A stretch of DNA of 64,000 nucleotides from Phallusia mammillata. Lineage: Eukaryota. Of the stretch, positions 53,101 through 64,000 are shown in pieces. Where the stretch lies: contig OZ281497.1 of NCBI GenBank assembly GCA_965637545.1, positions 27,032,001 to 27,096,000 on the forward strand, given 5' to 3'. A model generated the notes under the pieces. The model was not told the DNA's origin. It saw only the letters and a list, made by a program, of their open reading frames with translations, and made no database searches. Position numbers and translations under genes: made by a program. How positions within the stretch are numbered: position 1 is the first letter of the stretch; the number at the start of each line of letters is the position of its first letter.

Positions 53101-54481
53101 CCAACGCCTGGCAGTTATACGTGCTTTATGGCATAGAGGTGCATTTATGATGCGAAAACGGTAGTTAATTTGACGCGACTAGGGATATACTACTATAATG
53201 TATATCGGGGCTTCAATAATCAGTTCTGTATTATGTTTCATTTGTTCTGTGAGTAAAATGGTTACAAAATGTAAAAGAGTGAAACAGTTTGTCTCAGAAT
53301 TGACACTTTCAACTCTTAATCGTATGGATTCTACAATTCTCCCCTTGACATATTTGCAACTTATTACACAAGATATAGAATGAACTTATCTACCAGATGT
53401 GACAGTACAAGCTCCCTACGTACAAAACAAGACTAAACGTCTGCTCTAAATACCTTCGGTCAACGCCAGGTCTTCAAAAACAACCATAAGTTCTTTGACC
53501 AACTGGCGTTTAATTATACAAAATACTCGTCTTTACTAAATATGCCACCGGTTGGATAAATACTTAACGATTTACTTGACAAACGCACTTTTAACTTCAA
53601 GGTATCATACATTTGTCGAAAACATCTGTACAGCAGATGTAACACACATACACCACTAGTTAAGACTTAACACCTACACATCTTCCAGCAATGTTATGAA
53701 CGGAAAAAGGAAACACGTCATTTTGAACACATTACGTTGATCGAAATAATCTCTACCTGAAATCCAATGATAAACTAACAATGTAAATTCGTCATCAACT
53801 GCCAACATGAATCGAAAACAGTGACGTCACCTGTTACGTCATATCCGTGCTCAATTGTAAGGTCCGTATATGGGTTACATAATCATTGTCAAAACAATAA
53901 TACTGTTTTATAACGAGGGACAAGTTTATATAATTTGCATGCTGAAAATAGGCATGTGCCAATTTAAACAACATTTCTCGTGTAAAGATTTTCACATTCA
54001 AATAATGCCAATCGTAAAACTACTACAATCCAAGACACGGTAAAGTGAAAGCCTCTCCATGATATTAAAAGAAACATTCCCATAAAAACACTAAATGTCC
54101 AAAATCGCACAACCAAAATAGTTATGCTTATTTCTTCTCTAGGTTAAAATTCTTAAAGTTATGTTTCCATACATTATAACGTGCTTTGAACTTGTTTGCG
54201 AAAACCTGTGTACAAACGTTGCTTCCAGTATACACAAAACCCTACCGTAACAAACTGCCGCACAGCAAACACGCCATCTAAAAGCGACACACCACGTGCA
54301 AGTTGTAGTTATTCGATGCTTCAGAACGAAATGTCTTCGGCACTTTTTGAAAGAAACGCAAAAGGATAGATTGATGTGCATTTGTGCAGTAAATTGTGTT
54401 CCTAACCTCGTATAAAGTAAAAAAAAGTTACAGTCTCAAAATATAATCTTATCGTTGGTAGCAGTTTTAAACTGCTATAAG

Positions 54482-57400
54482 ATGCTGCAAGCAATCGTTT
54501 ATTTGATTATGGTTACAAGGTTTGTGACTGTTTGTACCGCAGTGTATCACAAGCAACCAGCAGTCGACAATGGCAAGTTTCGTCCCTGTTTAATCTTCAA
54601 AGGTGAGTGGTTTATGCAAAGGTTCAAGGCAAAGTTATTTCTTCTGTAATTACTCCAGTTACGCAGTTCGCTATTGTCAAATCATTGCGTTTCAACCTGC
54701 TTTTTTACTTCTGATTCTCCGTTGTAGATTTAGAATTAAAAACTAAGAAAGAACTTATTTGAATATATTCTAAACCGGATATAATTTTAAACACTTTTCT
54801 GTTTAGAATCTCAAATTTTTTCTTCGACATGATACTGTCTTAATAGGAAAGTAGTTAAATTCGTGTCTCCCAAAATAAACACTTAATCTTACAGTTTGGA
54901 CGATTGATAAAGTTTGTCTATTTTTTAATCGTCGCCATTTACGTCGGTTACTAAACTTAAACACACGCGTTATATAACTTTGGTCACGATCTACGAAAGC
55001 CTGCTTTGACTAAAAACGGCAATAAACTTTATGAAGACTGACAATCTAAAGACGTTTTGGCACTATATTGTTCGGTATTGACATGGCTAGATGTATATTT
55101 ATGCAACAAAACGACTAAATCCATTCACTTCTTATTTCGTCACGCGGGTTGTTTAACAACTTTACAAGTAATGGCCTAATTGCCACTATATGCGCCTCAT
55201 AACGTGAGCAATGGCTATTCGCCGTGAAGTTTAACTTGCTACAACCCTTGTCGCATTTTGATTTATTCCTTCCGCTTCCTATAAAATGCATAACTGGTAG
55301 CCTTTCGCGCTAAACCATTGAAAACTAAACTAACTGTTCTATAGCAGCCGTATAATCGGTTGAAAGGTAAACTAATGCTTACAGTGATGCTTACCACGAC
55401 TTACAAGGCCGAAATTGCTTTTATTCGCACACTGTGTTCGTACATGTAACACAATACTCCAAAATTATTGTCAATAGCTCACGCGTTCAGCCGTACAAGG
55501 GTTGGTCACGCTTGACTGACGACAATGAAAATGGCGGATGTTGCACCCTGTGTTAAAATTAACTGCCGCGATTTAGGTGCGTCGTGAATGGAATTCTCTA
55601 TCAGTCAATATTGACTGCATGACGTAAAATCTGATGCTACAATTAGCTGGCCCATCTGTCGCAAACTGAAAGATGCAAATTACCAACAGTTTGCCTTTTG
55701 CGTGATTTGAACTGAAACAGGGACATGGAAAGACTATTTTAGGTAACCTTTACCAAATTCACCAAATACATGAGCTTAAATTAATGCTATTCGTGTTCTT
55801 GCACTCTTTGTTTTACACTTGACAATCTAAACTTAACCTTAAAGATTAATCAGTTTGTTCAAACTAGACCCGATAACAATGTCACCTTAGCTCAGTGAAA
55901 CAAATATTTCTACAATTATCAATGAATGCAAAAAACAAACTTATACATGCATTCAGTTTTATTTGTCTTATAGTCACGTAAAACGATCTAACCTCATGAG
56001 ATAGTAAAAGAAGCCATGCGAAATAAAATACGGACGAAACCAACCACCGAAGTTCAAAATATTTTAAAGCAAAAAGGAACAAGTTTTGTCATCTTTACTG
56101 TAACACTGTAACAGGTGTGACATTAGTTATTTTATATTCACAGTCACTGACTCACAATTTCGTCACACCCTACTGCTTATTAACGGTTTCGTGTTGCCTT
56201 TTTACAGTTGGTCAACCGTGACTCATGTAACCCGTGACTTCATGCACGAATAATCACGCACAGGTCGTAAACACTAAAACAGGTGAAAAATGCAAACAAT
56301 TGGCAAACTTACTTGCGTTTTCATCATTAGTACAGTAATACTAATGCAAAATACCAATAGACATGGACAAACAAATACGTTGATTGGTGCATTTAACAAA
56401 TATGAGCTGTCTGGTGGATTGAATACAAGTGGTAGTTCTTCAACACAACAAATTGAACCTGAATTAGTAAGCAATACGCCCGCGAAAAAAGTTTTGTACT
56501 ACTATTACCTCACCAGATTGTCACAACTGTAAAAATGGCCGATCTAGTTATGCAAGCTTTCGTTATTTCGTCATTTCGTTTAGCGTCCTAGCCTGAGCAT
56601 AAACGGAAACTCGCAAAAGCTAGTAGCGTTCACAGCTGTGACGAATGACCTATTAAACTGGAATGCACGCCTAAAGCAATCTTGCAACTCGAAGCACCTC
56701 ATAGGGTTGTGTGGACTGTTTACCAAGGTGTCAAATTTCTTGCAAGTGCCCAGAAAGGAAAAAGGCCTTTGAATATCACTCTATTATATCATTTATGTAC
56801 GTTTACCCGCTTCATAAACTTTCACACAGGGTAGCTATGTAAAAATAACCTAAAACACGCGAGTTCAAGTTTTAAATGCTCTAGGCTCGTCGAACAGACA
56901 CCAATCACACTTTTTCTAAAAGCAGAAGCCTTTTTCTAAAAGAAAGCCTACAAAAAGCAAACTTTACATCAAACCTTTAATCCGATTCGTCACCCCAAAA
57001 GCGCTGCAGTGTTATCGTTTAAGGGTCTTCTGTGCAAGAATGCAAAACTGTACAGAAAATCAAGTTTATTGCTTTGCACTCTCTGTGTCTTTTAACAACC
57101 ATTTGAAACTTATTTTTAGGCAGAGGTCATTTCAAAGTCAACGTGCAAGAATCAAGTCGCGGTTGCTGTGTCTTTGTTCCCTTCTTTCCCCGCGAACTAG
57201 GTTGCTGCGCGAACCGACTTTACCACAGGTCAACGCACAAGTGTTGCGATGACTGGCAGATTGTGCCGAATAAAATCGACGCATGCGCATCCATGAGCAG
57301 GTTTTGGCATGAAGATTTTCTCGAGGTAAGTGCAAAAACACGGATACACAACTATCATTAAAAAACATATCAAATATTAATAAACTGGCAACTAAAGTGG

Positions 57401-60400
57401 CTGCCAGTTTACAAGAAAAACGCATTTTCACCTGCATTTCTTACATTTTCAAGTCTAGTAGCTTAGCAACATACCTCATTTTTTAAATTACGTAAAGTCG
57501 ACAATCGTTGACAAGCGACTTATGTTTCCAAACCCTTGTATGTTTATGTTTTCATTTTAGATGCAACAACAAAAACAACACAAAGTACCAATAAACCTTG
57601 ATAGCTTGCAACGGTGAGTGATTAAAAGTCGCATGAATAAAAAATCCAAATACGCGTTTCCCAGTGTTGAATTGAAGTGTTTTTCTTTTTCACTAGGTCT
57701 TCTCGCAGTGGATTTCATTGCAGTTTTGACAAAGATACCTGTGGTTGGAAAACCTACACTAATAGCCCTTTGCAAGGCTGGAAAATACAAGGCCATCAAA
57801 ACAATGCAATGCGACAAGCAACAGAAAACTCCTACTTACATGTTCAGTTTCTACCAACACCAAGATCGACCGTTGTTTACTTAATTAGGTAAAATAGTTA
57901 CATCATATTCTGTACATGCGTTTTTATCTAAATCGGTCTGTCTCGAGCGACACTAAAACACTCAATCACAAAAAAAATGATAAAGGTTCATTTACACTCT
58001 AAAAAAAACTTCGCTCATTTCTTCTCCCCGGCGGGAGGCGGCGAGCGAAATTCCCGTCTTTCGTCTGGAGAGAAGTGAAATTTTCGCTCAAACCTTTTTT
58101 CGCGGCGAAACGAGAGAACCTTTCTCTCTTTTCGAAATTGCGCGTTCCGCAGTCGACAACGAAATTGAATTACGTCACAGTCACATCTATTGCGCAAAAC
58201 TGCGGGATAGGGTTTGGATGGCGCGAATTACCAAACGAGGCCAAGTTGGGCTTAGATATTACCATCGGCTAGCGTTGGCTGCGTTGCATGCAAAGTGTCC
58301 AAAGCAGGTATTTCACAGTTTGGCATTGAAGAGCCGCTTCTGTTTCTAAAGGATAAACAGTTAATTGACGATAGTATTGAGGAGAAAATGAGAAGTAAGT
58401 CATTTTATTATCTTGTACTTATATATTGTGTATGTTTTTAGGATTTATTTTGTGGTCTTGTTTTCATTCAAAACTTTCTTGCATAAATGTACAATATTCA
58501 TAAAAAAAACAATAAAGTTAATGAACATTGACAGTTCTAATTGTCCTTTCAAATGTGGATTATCTTGCAAAGACTAAGTGGTAAAGATTAGCCCGTGATG
58601 CAAGTATAGGCCTAATTGTTTTTTTAGCAAAACCAAATCTTGTTCAAAGTTTATTTTTCAGTAAGTTCCCAAACCCTGATATTTTCTGGATTATCATTTG
58701 CTTTGGTTAAAATATAGATGTACAGTATAAAACATCCACACTAGCTCTGATGTTTTTACAGGCCGGCAACAACATTGCTGAATATGCCCTGAACAAGTCA
58801 AAAGTCAAACTCAGTCAGCAATTTTTGGTCGCCGTTGGACGAATATATGATCCAGACCAGTTTCAATTCTCTTAGTGCTGTGATGTAACAACTGTGTTGG
58901 TGTGTTCATTTGTGCCCAGAAAAATAAACCAGTGAACATATTGTGATGTTTTTAATGTGAATTTTGCTTGAAAGGTGAGCAAAACAAGAACCAAACACAC
59001 AGCACCTGCTTCTTTCAATAGCTCAAACCAATGAGTGAAATAAAGACCAAAAACCCTGTAAATTTAGTCTTTTATTCACTCAAATCAGTGAGTGAAGTTG
59101 TTCGCTCGTTTAAAGTGAGCTTTTGTTTCACTCGCAGAATTTTTCGCTCAAATTTCGCTCATTTTTTTAGAGTGTAGATTGGGTAACGTTTGGGCATTTA
59201 GAGTGGGTGTGGTTTTACAACAATATAACATTTAAACCTAAAGCAATACAAAATGGGAATGCTTGGTGGCAGGCCGCTTCGGAATAACGCCTTTGCTTGA
59301 GGTATTACAAAACATCACTCCAACCAAGTAGCACTAACCATGAGAACTTTTACCGGTTTTCGGCCATTTTCTCCACCAGCAGTAAAAAGTTTCCCGCTTT
59401 AGCGATCAAAATATGTAAATGTTTCCCGCGATGACTTGCTTACGGTACGTGTGTACACATTCCCACCCTTGGCCGTCCCTCGATTTAGCGTTTCAGTATC
59501 GACCGTCTCAACTGTTATGCATGTAACAACAGTTACATCGAATGTTAATGAAATAAAACAGCTTTTACATGAAACTTAATCTGTTTATATCTGACTCCTG
59601 TACAAACTGCAAATACTATTTGACATCCACAGTCCACTACTGCACCTTCAAAGTAAACAATGCCTCGTATTCTGGTATTATCTTTATGACGTCACAATCC
59701 CTTCAACAATAACAATGGATGTGATCGTGCAGCAGGCAGCATATGGAGGTAAATGCTATTTTAAATGGGTTTAAAATAGCAGCAGTAACCATACGGAAGA
59801 ATAAATCTTTTCACAATAGGACGCTTTTCATCTCGTTCGCGCTTCGTAACATCTTCCATTAGGTGGCGTCATGCTACGATCGATCTTAATCCAGGGCAGC
59901 AGGGAATTGCTTTCGTCGCGAGGTCGGGTTCGTTAGGAAGCGGCAGTTTGTCAATTGATGACGTTACCATGACGTCACAGCAGTGTCCAGGTAATTACCA
60001 GTAACATTAAATACAGCGGAGTGCATCAAAAATTTACTGGATGCATTATTATCACCCCTTGGTGCATCTTAAAATTGCTTGGTGCACTTTTGTATCACTT
60101 GGTGCACTTTTATATCACTTAGTACACATTTCAGTCACATGGCGCGCCTTTAATTGCTAGGTAAAGGTGTAACAAGCAATATAAAGTTGCTTTGAGCGAT
60201 ATAAACATGCACTGAGCGATATTAAAGTGAAATTAAGGTGCACCAAGCGATCGAAGTGATCCTGAACATTTTAAATGCACTGAAAACGGCAAATTATTTT
60301 TAGTTTCTGTTATACTCTACAAAGCACAAAAATATAGGGATTGTCTGTTTTGCAGAACAAATCATAAACTGCTCTTTTGACTCGGATTTGTGCGGTTGGA

Positions 60401-63400
60401 TTCAGGAATATGCAGACAAAGTGCCATGGCAACGGGGAAAGAAGTTTGGTCATGGTATAACCCATCATATCTCATGCGACGTTTTGCAGGAGATTAAATT
60501 AAAAAAAATTTGTGCAGATTGCATTTTTGTCACTGCACCTAATGAAAGCAGAACAAACACAATTTCAACCGTTCGAAGCTCTTCAGTTAATCAAGTACCT
60601 CTCTGCATAAGATTTAAGTTTTATCTTAAAGGATTTCTGAGGTACGGCAGTTTAAGAGGCTACGTTTTACTCCTTACCTAAATTTTTAATTTAACTTGAA
60701 ATTTGTCTTCAATCAAAATTAATTTTAGGTCAAAGTTGCGCCTAAACAGTGCTTTTGTTTTCTCTTAATTAACTTAAGTACACAGAGTCTGTCAGACCAA
60801 TCCGAGTTTTTTAGTAATGGTTAATCGCAATTTCATTTTCCTTTAATTGCATGGGGACTGTGTATTTAAAGCCAGACATTTGTGAACTCATATCTTGATA
60901 AAATATATGAAGTAGTTTGGCAACTTAGATGTACAATTAGCCGGATTCGTGTTTTGCAGTTTGCAGTTGAGCGGTCTTTCCAAGCATCTGCTCTCGAGTG
61001 ACACTTTGTGGTCAGCAAAAGGCTCTACTGGCAACCGCTGGATGACAAAGATGATTACAGTACACGACACCAACATTCAGTAAGTTATTCAACATACAGC
61101 ACCCTAACAATAACCACTTTTCTAACTATATTTTGTATCATTGGATTAATGTTGAAAGTTTTTTTCAATTCAATCAAAAACTTTAAATTGTTAAATACAT
61201 AGATGACACTGTCGCTGTTCAAGTGAATATGCTAAAAAATCGTGGCACTGAAATCAACACACGGGCCTGAACAACATTATTATTGCTGTATTTTTTGCTC
61301 TGTGATTTATTATAGTTTTCTTGTGTTTTTTTTTTAATTTACTGTAGTTGCTTATTATGAAACTTTCTTATTTTGCTTAAGCCTTTGGATTTTCAATGCT
61401 CATCTGTTAACAGAAATTCGTGGCTGCAATTTCAATCCAATCTTACGGAGAACGGTCACGCTGCGGTCGATGACGTTGCAGTGACGTCAGGCGTATGTGA
61501 CGTCACTTCGTTTGGTTGTGACTTTGATGACCGGTCGCTTTGCGGTTGGTCAGTGAAGAATGACGTCACAGGCAACTCGTTCAGTTTCCGCAGACGTTGG
61601 TCTCATCCGACAAAAGAAGATACTTTTAATGAATTTAATAATGAAGTTTCAAACGATTTGGCACAAACTGGGTGTGTATTTTTGTCTCATAAAGTTTAAA
61701 ATTATGGCAAACTAAAACGCATTAATGCAAAAATATCTCAAAGATATACATTACAATAAAGCCCAGATAAATTTCCGCATTGATGCTCAGATTGAAATGA
61801 ACAGTCTGGCAATCAGCTTTTACTGTTTATAACTTCTATTGTGACGCTTCTGATGCTTGTTTTTTCGCATGGTTTGCTTATAATAGGATTACAAAATATC
61901 TGACACATAGCGCTTTTGGGTTGTAAATACTTTTTCAATCCGCACAAAAACTATTTAAACGAGTTTTGCCATGCAAATATCAAAGAAAAACAGTTTTATA
62001 ATGTCACGGCCGCCCGTACTGATGCATTTAAGTTGACATGTCCGCGCCGCATAAATTCGTCTCCTCGGCCGCAGGTTGTGCACCCCTGCACTAAAGCAAC
62101 GTGATTTTGCAGCCAAAACGATTGGGTTGATTAGGATTACCACACTCAGATGTTTGTTTCATATCGTTTTTCATGATATGTAGTTTCTACATTTATTTTC
62201 GTCGCCATGTCAATCACATTCATCCGATGCAAGTGATTGTAATGTCCAGTCCTCAGTTCGAAATCTCCACAACTTCAAAGTGTTTCAGATTTTCACATAA
62301 AATCACTCAAAGAGGAAGGAGTGGAACTTTGGAAGTATACTTAAAGAGGCAAGCATCGTTATGAAAATATATTTCCTTTAGCAGGCCGTTTCCCAGTAAA
62401 AGCAAAACTCTTAGCATACATATTATTTTAGTTCAACTTTAAGACAAAACTATCATTATGAAAGCATAGAGCCAATAAGCTGCAGACAGTGCACACTGTT
62501 TCGACCTATAAAAGGTCTCATCACTGGTGACGAGAGATCGGCCGCAGACTATAGGTTAGACTTGGGTTTTTACCCTGTTACTCCCAACAAACTGGAGTGC
62601 GTTAGATTGCTACACTAGCAAATACGGCCGATCTCTCGTCACCAGCTGCACTGATGAGACCTTATAGGTTCGTTCCCGGGAGAGTCCTGGGTTCGAACCC
62701 CGTGAAAAAAAAAGTGTGCACTGTCTGCAGCTTAAAACTATTATTGGTTTAACAAAAAAACGTTGACAATTTATTACTGTTTTTAGTTGCTGTTCTTGAT
62801 AATAGTTGCAGTAAAGTAAAGATAAGTTGTACATTTAATATATTCTCCACTTTTTATTGCAGGAACGCCTTGCCTATTGTTGGGAGTTCAATATATGCAG
62901 GTCTGGATTTTGAAACCCTGCAACCAAAATCGTCTGATTTTCCAATTCTAACACTCAATGGAAATGAGGAAAGTTTATGGAACACATCAAGGTAACTCAA
63001 ATACCAACTGCTTCTTTCTTTCAGGTTTTGAACATACTTCAGTGTGTCAAATTAGACGTTGCTTTTACAACTGAATCATCTGCTCCATGCAAACTTGTAG
63101 GCAGTGTGATTGCTCTTTGGTGAATATAGTTGGTGTTAGAAAAAAGTAAACTTACTCTTATAAGAAAGTTTTCTTAGTTTAAAGGCATTTGATATTTAAT
63201 TGAAAAAAATGTTAAAAATTGTATTTTTTTCCATATTTCCCTTTGTTTTTACCTAGAGGTCAGTGTCAATTATGCTCTAGCACAGTTCGGAAACATGCTT
63301 GATTTAACGATTTAACTCAGCATGCGTAAAAATATAATTACTGACAATGTTGCAACTTTTGTAGTGTGCCAATCAAAGATGTTGGCGTATACAACATAGA

Positions 63401-63739
63401 AATCAAAATAACCGCAAAAATCGGTTACCATGGCGAAATCGCAGTCGATGACGTCATGCTGGTGGACGGCGACTGTTTTGACCATCAAAGCAACAAGGAC
63501 GGTAAGTGACGTCATCATACCCATGATGTCACATACTTTTCCTCAATATTTAAATTCTATTACAGAAAACAATGAGGAACGTGGTGAGATCAAATGCAAC
63601 TTCGACTTGCAGTCTTTCTGTGGGTGGAAGCAAGATCAGGTGACCGACGATTTTGACTGGCAACTTAACAGCGCCACCACGCGACAACGTCAAGTAGCGT
63701 TTCTCCTCACCGGACCAGAAGGCGACCACACCACCAACA
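54482..63739 (+). CDS. Secreted/extracellular protein with N-terminal di-cysteine (galaxin-like) repeats and at least 4 MAM domains; 3' end beyond window
   Basis: Exons 54482-54602 (signal peptide MLQAIVYLIMVTRFVTVCTA), 57120-57325 (CC repeats), 57561-57613, 57697-57888, 59633-59748, 59820-59990 (MAM1 CSFDKDTCGW..CLVFWY..IDDV), 60356-60454, 60518-60641, 60960-61079, 61414-61671 (MAM2 end, MAM3 start CDFDDRSLCGW), 62184-62348, 62863-62991, 63365-63501, 63566-63739 (MAM4 start CNFDLQSFCGW..DDFDW..GPEGDHT). Confidence 0.85.
57995..59174. mobile_element. Non-autonomous DNA transposon with CACT termini (EnSpm/CMC-like), TA flanks
   Basis: TA|CACTCTAAAAAAA ... TTTTTTTAGAGTG|TA; TTCGCTC repeats near both ends; no transposase ORF; lies in a MAM-gene intron. 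Confidence 0.75.
60020..60281. repeat. Imperfect inverted-repeat/MITE-like element with TTGGTGCAC subrepeats
   Basis: AGTGCAT.. / ..ATGCACT ends, tandem CTTGGTGCA motifs on the left and inverted GTGCACCAAG on the right; intronic. Confidence 0.4.
62461..62748. mobile_element. Inverted pair of truncated copies of the same retrozyme family, both hammerheads damaged
   Basis: Minus copy 62461-62546 lacks CTGCAC (5' strand of stem I and the first core C). Plus copy about 62564-62748 matches the 48.8-48.95 kb part of the intact element but has an insertion at about 62670-62712 in place of CGAAAC. Confidence 0.85.
62667..62713 (+). mobile_element. 3' fragment of SINE-like element inserted in hammerhead core
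   Basis: GGTTCGTTCCCGGGAGAGTCCTGGGTTCGAACCCCGTGAAAAAAAAA: hairpin plus A tail, similar to the reverse complement of 21431-21480. Confidence 0.6.
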
Positions 63740-64000
63740 GTTGAGTTTGGTGTCTGTTTGTTTTAATTTTAAAACACATTATCATCTCAAATGAATCCTG
63801 CCAAAACTTACATTCGGCGTTTGTGCCTTTTTGCCTACAGTGCGTAAGCTTTTGTGATCTTTCTCGAGGCACACGTGTTGATTGAGATACGCTCCGTTTC
63901 GCAAGTTGATTGCTTTTAGGGCTGCACTGTGGTGTTAGTCGTGTCAATATGTTCTGGAAGTGCTATTGAATGCACGTTTGGTGCAGTTTGTGTTTACCAC

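Noticed and set aside
62667-62713. GGTTCGAACCC as a tRNA gene
   Set aside because: No cloverleaf or upstream box A; ends in poly(A), so it is a SINE-like fragment.

Overview
Intron-rich, AT-rich animal genomic DNA. A tunicate (ascidian) origin is an inference from the gene content and the strong excess of TGACGTCA. I reconstructed four genes by hand, exon by exon, with phase-consistent splice sites. Two are tandem ROR-family receptor (pseudo)kinases on + (Ig-CRD-kringle-TM-kinase; about 2.3-19.9 kb and 25.2-40.6 kb) with matching intron phases. The third is a convergent SH3BP2-like PH/proline-rich adaptor on - (50.2-41.7 kb) that appears to lack the SH2 domain. The fourth is a secreted protein with galaxin-like CC repeats plus at least 4 MAM domains on + (54.5 kb to past the window end). 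Introns and intergenic DNA carry three hAT MITEs, a CACT-ended DNA element, a 5'-truncated LINE and tRNA-SINE pieces. The most striking signal is a set of hammerhead-ribozyme elements. One is a complete, young non-LTR retrozyme at 48578-48972, with two identical intact type I hammerheads 282 nt apart and a 13-bp target-site duplication. A second, inactivated inverted locus of the same family lies at 62.5-62.7 kb, and there are three Penelope-type minimal hammerheads. Also notable are apparent single-exon gene conversion between the ROR paralogs and independent loss of the DFG aspartate in both.
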